Shown piece after piece: positions 13,722-28,965 of a stretch of 64,000 nt of DNA. The translations under genes were made by a program, and so were the position numbers. The stretch is from the NCBI GenBank assembly GCA_951406725.2, contig OX597822.1, forward strand, positions 64,294,001-64,358,000, given 5' to 3'. The notes under the pieces are model-generated. The model worked only from the letters and a program-made list of their open reading frames with translations, did no database searches and had not been told where the DNA came from. Every line of letters starts with the position of its first letter. Position 1 is the first letter of the stretch. This DNA is from Octopus vulgaris. Lineage: Eukaryota.

Positions 13722-15133
13722 TAGATATAGACACACACACTAATACACATAAACGAAAGTGATATAGACACTGTAAAAATATTCATCAAGTATTAAAAGG
13801 CTAAATTGTAGGGCGTTAAATTTTATGAATATTTTAAATGAATAAATAACATTAAATATGTTGTGTATATTGTTTGGTTAATTAATACAGAAAAGGAATA
13901 CAGACACTATAAACAAAGAATTAATTCAAAAGTTTGAATACAACATAAATGTTGAATTAGAAGAATGTGAAGTAGAAGGAAATATAAAAGTGTTATGACA
14001 GAATCAAAAGAATGAAAAGAAAGTTAAGGATAGTATTCATTGTGAAATTTTAATTAGGAAAAGAATGTAACTTTAAGGAAATATTACCAGGAATGTGATA
14101 CATTTTAGTAGAAAACGTAAAGGGAGATAAATATGTTGAATTCTTTAAAAAAAAAAGGGTATAATTAAATGATAAAATTGTAGGATAATTAAAATATTTG
14201 AAAATTTTAAAAGATTACACATGACAATAGAGAATTGACATGAAATATAATAAAATGAATTAAACGCTTGAAGTAATGGTTTAAAAAATTTAAATTAAGA
14301 AATTCAAAATATAAGAAAATAAAAATATATATATATATAATAGATAATCTAAAAGTGATTATTTTTGTAAAAAGATTAAAAATAATAAATATTAGCAGAA
14401 AAAAACCCCAAACCGAGCGCTCTCGGCACTTTCTCTTAGTTGTGACAATATATACATACATACATGTATGTATGTATGTATGTATGTATGTATGTATGTA
14501 TGTATGTATGTATGTATGTATATACATACATACACACACACACACGTATATATATGTGCATGTATATCGCATACACACGCATATACGCGTATGTACTTAC
14601 ATGCTTTACGCTCATTCCTACCTACATATATACATAACATATATACATATATACATATATGTGTGTGTACGTGTACATGTATGTATATATATATGCATGT
14701 GTGTGTGTTTGCAGACGTATGTACATGTGCACAGGAACATACACATTTATATACACACATGTGAGCCCGCGCGCGCGCGCACACACACACATTATGTTGT
14801 ATGTTTGTATACAAGGAAGTACATTTTCCCGTGTCTTTTCATAATTTAAGCCTTTAGTGCATTATTTGAATGAGATTTCGCCGCCATTTTCTGCAGGTGG
14901 ACTAATCATATCTATAAACGATTGTTCTTCTCCTTAATTTCCTCTTCTTACTCTTTTCTCTCTCATCTATGTATGTATGTATGTATGTATGTATGCATGT
15001 ATGTATGTATGTATGTATGTATGTATGTATGTATGTATGTATGTATTATGTATGTATTAGGTATCCATCTGTCTCTTTGTCTGTCTATCTGTCATTTTTT
15101 CTGTCTGTCTGTCTGCCCATCTGTCTGTCGGTG

Positions 15134-15211
<78 letters not shown>

Positions 15212-15277
15212 AATCTAACTGTCTGTCTGTCTGTATTTCTGTCTTTCTGTCTGTCTTTCCGTCTGTCCCTCTCTCTC

Positions 15278-15346
<69 letters not shown>

Positions 15347-15577
15347 ACGCACGCACACACACGCACACATACATGTATATTTAAGGAGGATTAATGCATG
15401 TTAATTGAAAGATCTTAGTACCTTCAAGTAAAGTATCACAGTTATATATATTTATTTTAATTGTTAAAATTATTTGTATATATAAGTTTAATATATCCAA
15501 TTATAGCATATGGTTTAAGTATAGTATATTTAATATAATGTATTTAAATATAATATATATAGTCTGAAGTATAGTAC

Positions 15578-16025
15578 GTAGGAGCAAGCGTGACTGCGTG
15601 GTAAGATATTTGCTTCCCAACCACATGGTTCCGGGTTCAGTCCCACTGCGTGGCATCCTGAGCAAGTGTCTACAACTATAGCCTCAGGCCGATCAAAGTC
15701 TTGTGAGTGGATTTGGTAGATGGAAACTGAAAGAAGCCTGTCGTATATATACATATATATTTGTGTGTGTGTGTTTATGTGTGTGTGTGTGTTTATATGT
15801 GTGTGTGTGTGTGTGTGTTTGCCATCCCCCACCTTGACAACCGATGCTGGTGTGCTTACGTCCTCGTAATCTAGCAGTTCGGCAAAAGAGCCCGGCAGAA
15901 TAAGTACTAGGTTTACAAAGAATAAATCCTGGCGTCGATTTGTTCGACCAAAACCAATGAAGATGGTGCTCCAGCAAGGACGAAGTCAAATGACTGAAAC
16001 AAGTAAACGAATAAGCGAATAAAGG
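15578..16025 (+). mobile_element. SINE-A
   Basis: Family match. Confidence 0.85.
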
Positions 16026-17316
16026 AATATATAATCTATAATTCCTTGTGCTTGATTGAGATTTTGCTACTTTTTTCTATCAGGTCGAGCGACACCGTTG
16101 GCACCCCATTGTTGATTCGTATAATCTCTTATATAAAATCCGTTCTGTCTGTCTGTGTGTGTGTGTCTTCTCAGATCTCGGGCATCCTCCATCCGATTGC
16201 GCTCAAATTTGATATGTAGATACCGACGGTATCAGTGCGTCTTGAACAAATTACAAAAATCGATTCCAGGTGAGAATGCGATCGATGCCGCCGTTTTTGT
16301 CCTTCTTCTCTTCCGTCAACCTGTACATAACTGCACCTTCCATTTTCTGTTGTTTTTGTACTGCTTAGAGGCACGTTTCTTTCCTGCCAAGCTTACTGTT
16401 TAAACCATGTTTGTGTTCTCCCAGTCAACAGCCTTATCATTACTGGTATTTTAAACTCTTGGTTGCATATTTGTGTGAATAAAATCATTTTTCTTTGGAA
16501 TAGAAAAAAAGTCTATCTTTATTTCTTCTTTTGCTGGTGTCTCAAATTTAGGTTAAATCAGTGTTTCTCAAAGGGGAGGCCTATGGGACGGTCGGAGAAG
16601 TTGTTTCGAGAAAATTTGGTTTAAATGTTTGACAACTCAGCACCGTCCATTGGAGTGGGGGGGGGCGTTTTGCTCGTATTAAATATAACATCAAGCCGAA
16701 TGGTGATTTCACAAGAAGCAGTTTAATGTTTGAATGCTTGCATGAGATATTCGATTCAGCCGCATCCAGACAGCAAAACAAATGCAACTGTAGACCACAC
16801 AGACAGATGTACGTATGAAGCGACTCTCCAACCGTGAGAAATATGCACTCAACATGTCTCCCGTGTTGCCAATTAACCAAGAAAATCATGAAAAGTTATT
16901 TAAATAAATAATGAAAAGCAACCATCTTTCTTAAGAGTTAACTTTGACCTTCTAACTAAGATGAACCGTTTCTCTTTCGCTTATTCTGGCGGCTACATTT
17001 CTTTATTATCTGTTTTTTCTTTTGCTTCTTCTGTCAACTGAAACGAAAATCTTATAATATAATATATTAAATGTTAAACTAATATTCTCGGCGGATATCT
17101 GTGAAGACAGAGATTTTTTTTTTCGCATTTACGTGCAGATGCTAACTGTTGCAGTTAAATTGCAGCTGCGACAATGTCAGATGACGTAATGTATGAAGAT
17201 TTCAGCTAAACTAGCAAATTATACAATCATAATACAGTTACGCACGTTTCTACGTCTGACTGTATGAATATACATATGAATAAATAAATGTATGTGTTTG
17301 TGCGTGTATGTATGTA

Positions 17317-17386
<70 letters not shown>

Positions 17387-17539
17387 TACGCATATATACA
17401 ATAGTTAACGAATGGAGTAGGTAAGATCCGAACACTATTGTTCTTGAAAGGTGTTTTTTTTGTATTTACTACAGATTGCATGAAACTAACTTTCTTCCTA
17501 CACTTCGATCCATGGCACTTACATTTATATATATATCTT

Positions 17540-17952
17540 TATATCTAGGTAGTGGGTAGCGATTTTCTTCACTACTTCAGGGAGTGACGACCCTGCCTGA
17601 CACGAGTCCCAGGCTCAGCTGGCTCCGGCTGGCCCCCTATCCAGTGTTACGGAAAGGAGACAACCTTCAATGAAATCCGGAGTGGAGCCCCGTAGGCGGT
17701 TTAGTGTTCTACTAGACATTCTTCCGCAGCTCCTGCAACCAAGCTGGTGCCAAACGTAATGCTCTGCACTCCTTCGGACTTCGGCAGCAAGGTCGAGAGA
17801 GGAATCTTGACGATTGGGCTACCCAGGATTTTCTTACATTTAGCTCAGGCCTACGCAAAACTGGAGAGGACATGAAATGTAAAAACCAGACTGGATTAGT
17901 TTATGCGCAACTCCATTGTCTCCGGAGACAAAAGGATGCCAGCAACAACAAT
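17540..17952 (+). mobile_element. Probable non-autonomous RTE-like element (5' UTR-like GC-rich part joined to a (CAA)n-tailed 3' end)
   Basis: GC-rich block within (TA)n ending GGATGCCAGCAACAACAA; resemblance to RTE ends is from memory, not alignment. Confidence 0.35.
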
Positions 17953-18005
17953 ATATATATGTATGTATATATATATATATGTATGTATGTATGTATATGT
18001 ATTTG

Positions 18006-18068
<63 letters not shown>

Positions 18069-18684
18069 GTATATATAGCTGAATGCATATATAAAATGCA
18101 TGTATAAATGTGATACTTTGCTTGAGATACGATGTGATCAAATAATATTTGAAAGTTTATATACCTATAGACAAAAACAAACTTTAATACACGCATATTA
18201 AATTAAGAATTAAAAGCAGCTCTTGTAATGTAAACACGATCGGTCGCAAATACATAGTGCATATGTTGTGTTTATACGCTAAATTTGCTACGCGACATCG
18301 TCCGGGTAAAGTCCTCTACACAATACCAAGAGTTAAAGAATACTTGAATGTGACACACCAGACGGGACAACTCGTCACGGAATCACTGAGAATGATAGAT
18401 ATTGATATTTCGCTATTATTGCGGCTTATCAATACAATGTACTCGGATAATCTCGCAACGACGTCAGTCGCTGGGTCTGTGACTTGTATGCAATTAAAGT
18501 GAAGTCCATTTGCTGATGTGCTGCAGCGTAGCACATGTGAGAGAAAATTAAATTACAGCAGTGAGTATGGAGCTTGTGAAAATTGCGAATTCTAAAGCAT
18601 GAAAGCTAGGTTTATAGAACAATTCATAAATAAAGAAAGCATTTATCCACCAATGCTGCATTGAATACTCATTCTCATTGTTGA

Positions 18685-18726
<42 letters not shown>

Positions 18727-19015
18727 AACAAACAAACGCACATACAAACAAACACACATACCAACGTTCACAAACATATACACTCACACATCCACATACA
18801 TTCACATTCATTCATACACACATAAACAGTAATTGACAAAAATAATGTGCAACAGATAGCATGACAGACACACACACACATACACATTTACCCATATTTA
18901 CATGCATACGTACTTACTTATATACGCACACACACTTAGAAACCTTTCCATATAGACATACACATATATTGCAGTTATATGATTTATATGGGATATGACA
19001 GACAGACAATCACCA

Positions 19016-19065
<50 letters not shown>

Positions 19066-19675
19066 ACATACACGCTTGCACTCACATTAACACGCACGTA
19101 TTCTCACGTACATATGTGCACACATACTTTTACTAACATTTTAATATGCCAGCTCATATACATATACATTTACATATACACACTTACGGTAATATGTTAT
19201 AATAGAATTTGACACGCTCAAACACACAGCTCACATACACTTTTACATATTGAGACGTATACAATCATATATTTTACGAGAAAAGCTCACCGAGGTACTA
19301 ATGCACGTGACGGCGATTCACAATAATGGAGTCTAGGTTTGTCTCAAGATTCTAAACAGAATTACTTTTATGAGTTTCAAACTTGACTAACCTTTTAATT
19401 CACAAATATACCGGATACACTTGCTGACAAAATGTCTGAAGTTTTGAGAGATTTTGGTCAATGTCTTTGGCTAAAACTAAATTCAATTTTCTTATATATG
19501 TAAAATATATACGTTTTTTTTCTCTCCTTCTTCCTTTTAAAGCAGTCTGTATGCTGCTTTAAAATGGCTGTAATTGAAATTTCAAACATGTCTGGTGGGG
19601 TTGGGCGTTAGATTATAATTTTTTCATTCGATCAAAGCGGAAAATGTTATATATTACACAGTGCAACTACATTTT

Positions 19676-19778
<103 letters not shown>

Positions 19779-19856
19779 TGTATGTGTGTATGTGTGTTTT
19801 TGTTTGTTTGTATGTGTGTATGTAATGTAGGTATAATTTAGTATCATTTGTTTTTG

Positions 19857-19929
<73 letters not shown>

Positions 19930-20154
19930 TGTGTGTGTGTGTGTAACTGGTATAAACGGATAGATAGATAGAGATGGAAAGATAGAGAAAAAATGAACAG
20001 GCACGGTTGGCTATGTGGTATGAAGTTTGCTTTCCAGCCATTTAGTTTCATGTTTAATACCAGTGTTTGGCACCTTAGGCAGGTGTCTTCAACTATAGAC
20101 CTGGGCAAATTTGGTTCACAGAAACAGATGTGCGTACGTTCGTCCGTCCGTCCG

Positions 20155-20480
20155 TGAAGGTGCATAGCTCAGTGGTTAGAGCGTGAGGTTGTGAGTTCGA
20201 TTCCTGGATGTGGCTGTGTGTTTTGTTCTTGAGCAAGACTCTTTATTTCACGTTGTTTCAGTTAACTCAGCTGTAGAAATGCGTTGCGACGTCACTGGTG
20301 CCAAGCTGTATCAGCCCCTTTGGCTTTACTCTTGGATTACATCGTTAGCGTAGAGAGCGGTGGCTGGTAGGCATGGACGACTGCTGTCTTCCATAAAAAC
20401 AACTTTCCGCCCAGACTTGTACCCCGGAGGAGAACCTCTCAGGTGCACCCATGGTTATTCGTGACCAATGGAGTCGGGTT
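20155..20480 (+). mobile_element. tRNA-headed SINE, family D
   Basis: TAGCTCAGTGGTTAGAGC..GAGTTCGATTCC followed by TTGAGCAAGAC.CTTTATTTCACGTTG core. Confidence 0.75.
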
Positions 20481-20699
20481 CTTTTTTAAGGTATGTATGT
20501 ACGTACGTACGTGTGTGTATATGTATGTGTGTATATATATACGCGTGTGTATGTGTGTGTATGTATGTACGTATCTGTATGTATGAATGTATGTATGTAT
20601 GCGTGCATGTATGTGTATGTATGTATGTATCTATGTATGTATGTATGTATGTATGTATGTATGTATGTATGTATGTATATGTGTATGAATGTATGTGCA

Positions 20700-20736
<37 letters not shown>

Positions 20737-20996
20737 AACCGAAAGTGTAGCTGTCAGGAATAATCAGCGTGAACAAAATATGAAAAGGCTGGCCCTTTGA
20801 AATACGGGTACAACTCATTTTTGCCAGCTAAGTGGACTGCTTCAACATGAAACTAAAGTGTCTTGCTGAACGACACAATACGCCGCCAGGAATCGAACTC
20901 ACGAGGTTAGAAAGTGAGCCGAATACATTAATCACTGAAATTATGTTAAAAGGTAAATTGTGTTGGCTAACTGTTCGACTTATCCGATCAGCTATA

Positions 20997-21385
20997 AGGC
21001 GGCGAGCCGGCAGAAACGTTAGCACGTCGGGCGAAATGCTTAGCGGTATTTCGTCCGCCGCTACGTTCTGAGTTCAAATTCCGCCGGGTTCGACTTTACC
21101 TTTCATCCTTTCGGGGTCGATTAAATAAGTACCAGTTACGCACTGAAGTTCGACTTAATCCGTTTATCTGTCCTTATTTGTCCTCTCCGTGTTTAGCTTC
21201 TTGTGGTAATAATGAAATAGGTATTTCGTCCGCCGTTACGTTCTGAGTTCAAATTCTGCCGATGTCGACCTTAACTTTCATCCTTTCGGGGGTAGATAAA
21301 ATAAGTACCAGTTGAACACTGGGGTTGATGTAATCAACTCATTCCCTTCCCCAAAAGTGCTGCCCTTGTGACAAATTTGAAACCA
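20997..21385 (+). mobile_element. SINE-B dimer (Tx1-tailed copy joined to GGTATTTCGTC of a second copy)
   Basis: Junction ..GAAATA|GGTATTTCGTCCGCCG at about 21219. Confidence 0.85.
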
Positions 21386-21449
21386 TTATCTGGTCAGCTA
21401 GTTTACTTGCCTTTGAATCAGCGTTCAAGTTGTCAAGCATTCCACAGAC

Positions 21450-21775
21450 TGGCACTCCGTCGGTTACGACGATGAGGGTTGAAATTGATCCGATCAATTT
21501 GAACAGCCTGCTCGTGAAATTAACGTGCAAGTGGCTGAACACTCCACAGACATGTATACGCTTAACGTAAGTCTCAGGGAAATTCAGCTTGATACAGATT
21601 GCGACAAGGTTAGTTAAGTTTTTGAAATACAGGTACTGCTAGTTTTTGCCAGCTGGGTGGACTGGAGCAATGCGAAATAAAGTGTCTTGTTCAAGGACAC
21701 AATGCGCTGTCGGGAATCGAGCTCATGAGTTTTCGATCGTGAGCCGAATGCCTTAACCACGAAGCCACGCGCCCT
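21450..21775 (-). mobile_element. SINE-C-related copy
   Basis: Same tail as 11597-11984; tRNA-like head. Confidence 0.8.
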
Positions 21776-22111
21776 AGCAATTCCGCAGACACGAGTTTCC
21801 TAAACGCAAATTCTCAGGGAGAATCAGCGTGGCACGATGTGTGAAAAGCTGAGTCTTTGAATTACTTCCATAATCCATCACATGGGCTTCTCCACAGTTT
21901 CCGCGCAACCTAGTTTCACTCACAAGCCATGTGCCAACCGGAGGTTGTGGACAAAATGACATCCGCGATTTGGGATCGAACCATTCGGTCAACCTGTCTG
22001 AAGTTCGTACATACACGCACCATTCGACCATACATGTAAACGGGATACATACACATACGGACATACATACGCACATATGCGGCCACACACACTTACACTC
22101 AGACAGACGCA

Positions 22112-22155
<44 letters not shown>

Positions 22156-22268
22156 CACACACACACACACACACACATACTAGCTTGTGAAGGCCGCACG
22201 TACGACTGTTTGTGTTTCTATATGTACTTACGTAGGTGTCTGTCTTTCTATAGAACAGCATATGTGTG

Positions 22269-22332
<64 letters not shown>

Positions 22333-22397
22333 GTATATATATACATATACATAGGTACATATATATATATATGTATATATATACATATATACATACA

Positions 22398-22488
<91 letters not shown>

Positions 22489-22614
22489 GCACACATACGC
22501 TGTTCTATGTATATATATATGTATATATATATACACGTACGTACACGTTTGGAAACAACCCCGTCCTTATATTCGCTGTTATATAAAAAGATTGGCATAT
22601 ATATATACGCACAC

Positions 22615-22647
<33 letters not shown>

Positions 22648-22708
22648 TGACATGTATGTGTTTTGTGTGCGTATGTGTTTGTGCGATATGTGTGTGTGTG
22701 TTTGTGCG

Positions 22709-22761
<53 letters not shown>

Positions 22762-23348
22762 TGTATAAATCTTCCATAAGTGCCTACTTGAATGCAGTTC
22801 TTGATTTCGGCTTAGCACAACGGATAGCTTCCAAAACCTTAAGAATACTCCGTGCAATGAGTTCGCACTTAATGACTCCGGCTCTATCAATAAGTGATTT
22901 ATGTAGGTGTATGACTGAGTACTGGAAAACCCAGATAGAGAAGAGGAAAAAGAGAAAGGGAGTGAGAGAGAGAGAGAGTGCGACAGAAAGAGAGAGAAAG
23001 AGAGAGAAGGAGAAGGAGAGAAAGCAAGCAAGAGCAAGAGAAGCAGGAATATCCTTTGGTATATAAAGAACTTAGTGTAAACTTGGTATCTAAAACTGTG
23101 GACACGTATGCGTTTATGTGTGTATGTATTTATACACACAAATACATATATGTATGTACACACATTTACGTATGTATGTTTGCATCTATTTATCTATCTA
23201 TACACACACATATATATACATAATACATATACACTCACACATATATATATATATGTATATATATATATATGTATCTATATCTATATCTATCTATATGTAT
23301 ATATATACATATATATATATATATGCATGTATGTATGCATGTATATTT

Positions 23349-23410
<62 letters not shown>

Positions 23411-23415
<5 letters not shown>

Positions 23416-23582
23416 CACAGGAGTGGCTGTGTGGTAAGTAGGTTGCTTACCAATCACATGGTACCGAGTTCAGCCCCGCTGCGTGGCACCTTGGGCAAGT
23501 GTATTCTACTATAGCCTCGGTCCGACCAAAGCCTTGTGAGTGGATTTGGTAGACGGAAACTGAAAGAAGCCCGTCGTATATA

Positions 23583-23652
<70 letters not shown>

Positions 23653-23905
23653 GGTGGGTGTGTGACCGTCGTATATATGTCCATATATATATGTATGTGT
23701 ATGTGTTTGTGTGTTTGTGTTTTCCCCCCAACATCGACATGATGCTGATGTGGTTACGTCCCCGTAACTTAGCGGTTCGGCAAAAGAGACCGATAGAATA
23801 AGTACTAGGCTTACAAAGAATAAATTCTGGGGTCGATTTGCTCGACTAAAGGCGGTGCTGCAACATGGCCGCAGTCAAATGACTGAAACAAGTAAAAGAG
23901 AGAAA
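23411..23905 (+). mobile_element. SINE-A, full length
   Basis: Family match. Confidence 0.9.
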
Positions 23906-23951
23906 TAGAAAGAGAGATATATATACAAACGTTTATTTAAAGATATATGTA

Positions 23952-24655
23952 CAGGGTGCGATGGGTAAATTGTCGCCACTTCATATTTTTAAACTTGCGC
24001 TTGCGTACTATTTAGCTTTGATTTTGTCAACTGTATAGTAGGGTTAGTTGGGCACCGTCTGTGTGAAAAAATACCATCATGACGCAATTCACTCTGTCAG
24101 AAAGTTGGAAACGACATGCTGTACTGCTTGGCATTCGCACCGGAAGCTCCAGTACGAACATTTCAGAGTGTTTGGATGTCAATCTGAGGACAGCGCAATC
24201 TGAGAACATGTACTTCCCACACAGCCTCACATTCAACGCGGAAGCTTGCATCATGTGCCTGGAGAAGATAGTGCTACCCTGGGGAAAGAGGGTTGCTGCT
24301 GGAAGACCCTATGTCTAGCAACAGGACTCTGCAGCATGCAACACAAGCGGGAAAACCCAGTCATGACTGTCAGACAATTTCTGTGGCCACATCACCCCTA
24401 TCATATGGTCACCTAACTCCCTATATTGCAAAATCCTTTTATTATCATGTGTGGTGTGCAGTTGAGCGAGAGACCTAAAAAACAAAACAAAACAAATCCC
24501 TTTAATAACAAAGATGAACTGAAGGCAAGGTTTTATGGCTGCATTCACCAACTTAAGCAAGGAGTCCGTGCAGGAGAGTTGCAGGAGATTCCGAAGTCAT
24601 CTGGAGGCCGTGGTTGAGACCAACGGCGATTTTATTGAATGAATTTACTCTTTAG
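23952..24655 (+). mobile_element. Decayed, internally deleted Tc1/mariner-superfamily DNA transposon
   Basis: TA|CAGGGTG start; HTH-like N-terminus (24079); remnants QQDSAACNTS, WSPNS..., LEAVVETNGDFIE* resemble QQDxAPxH/WPPxSPD motifs; stops and frameshifts present. Confidence 0.75.
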
Positions 24656-24659
24656 TAGT

Positions 24660-25228
24660 AGAGTGGGACCAGTCGATTAGATAGACCTCAGGACGCAACT
24701 GGTATTTAATTTATCGACCCCGAAAGAATGAAAGGCAAAGTCGACCTCGGCGGAATTTGAACTCAGAACATAAAGACAGACGAAATACCGCTAAGCATTT
24801 CGCCCGGCATGCTAACATTTCTTATTTCTTTATTGTCCACAAGGGGCTAAACATAGAGGGGTCACACAAGGACAGACAAAGGGATTAAGTCGATTACATT
24901 GACACCAGTGCGTAACTAGTACTTATTTAATCGATGAAAGGCAAAGTTGACCTTGGCGGAATTTGAACTCAGAATGTAAAGGCAGACGAAATACCTATTT
25001 CTTTATTACCCACAAAGGGCTAAACACAGAGCTGACAAATAAGGACAGACATAGGTATTAAGTCGATTACATCGACCCCAGTGCGTAACTGGTACTTAAT
25101 TTATCGACCCCGAAAGGATGAAAGGCAAAGTCGACCTCGGCGGAATTTGAACTCAGAACGTAGCGGCAGACGAAATACCGCTAAGCATTTCGCCCGGCTT
25201 GCTAACGTTTCTGCCAGCTTATCGCCTT
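24660..25228 (-). mobile_element. SINE-B tandem/nested trimer
   Basis: Three cores; tail junctions at GAAATGTTAGC and GGTATTTCGTC. Confidence 0.9.
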
Positions 25229-25449
25229 ATTCTGCTTTATAATAATGATTTGCCCCAGTTTTATCGGAGGAAGGTGAACGGTAATATATTCTGTAAACCT
25301 CACAATTCACGCAACAGCCTGGTATTGAACCAGATTTTCTGAAAAATATTCGATATGCATGATGTGATCACCTATTAATACTCATCGCTGATCATCAATA
25401 ATAGATGAAGAGTACGTGGGATAAATATTTAATTATTTTTTTATTGCTT

Positions 25450-25820
25450 TATTCTTTTACTTGTTTCAGTCATTTGACTTCGGCCATACTGGAGCACCGC
25501 CTTCGGTCGAACAAATCGACCCCCAGCACTTACTCTTTGTAAGTCTTGTACATATTCTATCGGTGGCCTTTTGCTGAACCATTAAGTTACGGGGACATAA
25601 ACGCACCAACATTGGTTGTCAAGCGAATGTGGGGTGACAAACGCACACACACACACACACGACAGGCTTCTTTCAGTTTCCGTTTACCAAATAAATCCAC
25701 TTACAAGACTTTGGTCGGCCCGAGGCTATTGTAGAAGATACTTCTTGGCCACACAGGGGAACTGAACCTGGAAACATATGGTTGGGAAGCAAATTTCTTA
25801 CCACACAGCCATGCCTGCGT
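25450..25820 (-). mobile_element. SINE-A
   Basis: Family match. Confidence 0.85.
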
Positions 25821-25954
25821 TCCCAAAAAATATATAACCTCCGTTTAAGAGTTATGAGAACTGGTGTCGCTAATGTTTCAAATCCATATTCATCATATCG
25901 ATTCTTCTCGTGAAGTGCAAATCATTTAATTCAAAATGATAATAAGTGGTTATA

Positions 25955-26163
25955 ATTTTCGCACAGGGCCAGCAATTTTAGGGGGAGGCGGGGGATTCAT
26001 CGATTACATTGACCCCAGTGCTCAACTGGTGTTCGTATTTATTGACCCCGGAAAAATGAAAAACAAAGTCGATCTCGGCGGAATTTGAACTCAGAACGTA
26101 AACAACCGAAGGAAATACCGTTAAGCATTTTGTGCAATGCGGTTAGTTCGTCAGCTTCACCTT
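25955..26163 (-). mobile_element. SINE-B (diverged)
   Basis: Family match. Confidence 0.75.
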
Positions 26164-26220
26164 ATTTGAAATAATTCTTCTTTCTAATCCTAGCACAAGG
26201 CCTGCAGTTTTGAGGGAGAG

Positions 26221-26267
<47 letters not shown>

Positions 26268-26286
26268 ATGTATGTATGTATGTATG

Positions 26287-26348
<62 letters not shown>

Positions 26349-26818
26349 AATGCCGTCATGTACAAAAAGAAACCCAAGATCAACAATTGAATGGAGTAGC
26401 AAGAAGCTATCTGGTTGCTATAGCGAGACCCTTCTGCGCATGTCCACCCCACACACGCTCACATACCCGCAAGTCGGCAACATTCGTCAATATATAATAA
26501 TATAATATAATATATGATATATATACATACTAGCACAATCCCTATTTTTAGGTCACTTTAAAGAAAAAGCCTTTGATTTAAAAAAAAACTGTGTATAAAC
26601 TCGATACTTGGAATGACCAATCTTAAATACTGTTGGATTTTACTCATAAAGTATTGGAATCTTACATGTATCCCATTTTGCCCAAAAATTGATCTACAAA
26701 TTCATACGTATCTCACATCTATTCCCTACGTATCTCACATCTATTTTCTTTCCTCCACCTCACTCTCTATTTTGTATCATATCTAAATCAACTATTACTT
26801 AACTTTTCTCTCACACCA

Positions 26819-26864
26819 TCTCCGATGAAGGGATATAATAAATACCCCGGAAACAGCTGTAAGA
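26819..26864 (+). ncRNA. Minimal hammerhead ribozyme motif (CCGAUGA variant)
   Basis: TCT-CCGATGA-A-GGG..CCC-G-GAAA-CAGCTG-TA-AGA; palindromic stem III. Confidence 0.5.
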
Positions 26865-26935
26865 CCTTCTATCTATAAATGTTCTAAAATCTACTCAGCC
26901 TTGGATTTTTATCTCATTACGATAAAAAATTATAC

Positions 26936-26985
<50 letters not shown>

Positions 26986-27605
26986 AAATGACTATACGTT
27001 TATCAGATTCAGGCGTATTTTCAAACCCCCAAACAAATTCTCCTATAATTTTTCCTGCGTGGGAATACACCTCTTCTTTCCATATTTATAGGTTTACGTA
27101 ATATGGCAGTTGAAACCGACGCTCTGTTGTACATTTATGTACACGTGAATTTTCTAGATTTAGCAGAAGACATTACATTGTTTCTACATATGAACAGGTT
27201 TCGGTTGAAAATCAAACTTAGAATAGGGTGAGCTTACACTTGCTTTCTATCTCACTTGTTAATAAATGAACATGACTATGTTATTCGCTTTGTGTCCACC
27301 AGGTAGATACAATTTAGCACAAATGTGTCAATGCATTTGGGCCAAGCAAGATATATTACAAATGGTTTCAGTATTTATTTTTCTAACCATTTTCTTTATA
27401 TATGTCTTTTGTACGGTGTTTATATACATTCGCTAAGGTACTTTTTCCAGGGATGTGAAATTTTTCCATACATTCGTATGTGTCCATGTTTGCAATGAGA
27501 TGTGTTTTGATTTTCATTTTGTGGCTATATTTTAATCTCTCTCTCTTTGTGTATTTTGGTCATGTATTGTGCGTGTGCGCTTGCGAATATCTGTAGCTAT
27601 GTCTG

Positions 27606-27704
<99 letters not shown>

Positions 27705-28454
27705 TCTATCTGCCTGTCTGCACGCAACAATGTGTGTGGTATCTGTGTATGCACAGACACACACGTACTTACGCCTACAGATATATGTGTGTTTGTATCC
27801 ATGGTTGCATGTGTGTCTGTATGTATATTCGAGGGTTTGTATTATGTATGCTTGCATGTATACGTGAGTTTGTGTGTGTGTCTGTGTGATTGTGTGTAAC
27901 AGTGTGCGTTTTCATTTTCAATGAAGCAGACGTGCCCAAATTTGAGCATAAGCAAGCTACATCCGTATTCCTTCGAAGCAGGGGCCTGCCCGAAACGTCA
28001 TTTTTTTTCACCTTTTCACACGGCATACGAAACCAAATCTTATTTTAAGAATTTTATATCCATATTTGCACTGTCACACAGCGACGGGTACATATAAATA
28101 CAGATTTGAGAATGGGGAGAGAAAGGAGATGACAAAATGTGATAGAAAAAAGGAAGAAAGAGACAGAGTGAAAAAATTGTATGAACGAAGCGGTTGGGGG
28201 CAGGTTTAGAGTGTAGAAGGTTGTTATATTCTATATGGGAAGAAATAGCAGAACCCTTTAACCTTCTAGTAGGGGTAACTTCTTCATATGGCCCTTCTAA
28301 TGTTTGTTTATTTTAAGTCCTTCTATATCCACTCTGTAATTGGTTCCCATATCGAGAAGTAAGAGTTTTTTTTTTAAAACAAACAGATGGTCGAGACGAA
28401 AAAAAATGCTTTTTGCATGGTATCGACGTTGTTGTTGTATCATCCTCTCTCCTT

Positions 28455-28500
28455 TTCATCATCATCATCATCATCATCATCATCGTCATCGTCATCGTCG

Positions 28501-28532
<32 letters not shown>

Positions 28533-28760
28533 GTCATCGTCATCGTCATCGTCGTCATCATCATCATCATCATCATCATCGTCGTCGTCGTCGTCGTCGT
28601 CGTCGTCATCGTCGTCGTCGTCATCAAAATCCTTATCATCGTCGTTGTTCTCGCTGCCGTTGTCCTTGTCGTCGCCGTTGTTGTTGTTGTTGTTGTTGTT
28701 CTTCTTCTTCTTCTTCTTCTTCTTCTTCTTCTTCTTCTTCTTCTTCTTCTTCTTCTTCTT
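28455..28760. repeat. Compound trinucleotide microsatellite (CAT/CGT/TTG/TTC)
   Basis: Direct inspection. Confidence 0.95.
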
Positions 28761-28914
28761 TATACAAACATAAAACAAAACATACAAATCTGCATGTATA
28801 CCTACCACTCATGATCCCACAAAAAACCCCCCCAAAAAAGCAAAACAAATGAAGAATATAAAATACTCAAATCACAGCTTGCATCGAAGTCTAAGCAGAA
28901 AAAACACATATATA

Positions 28915-28965
<51 letters not shown>

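Noticed and set aside
16125-16900. Possible Helitron-like start (TATATAAAA..CTGTCTGT) and hAT-like CAGTGTTTCTCAA end
   Set aside because: Matching other ends not found; too degenerate to call.
18257-18502. 81-aa ORF in unique-looking sequence
   Set aside because: Only a faint resemblance to a decayed LINE RT segment (LLRLINTMYSD); no splice or domain support for a host exon.
20155-20210. tRNA-like sequences (also 11900-11984, 34157-34230)
   Set aside because: A/B boxes lead straight into SINE cores; no complete cloverleaf seen.
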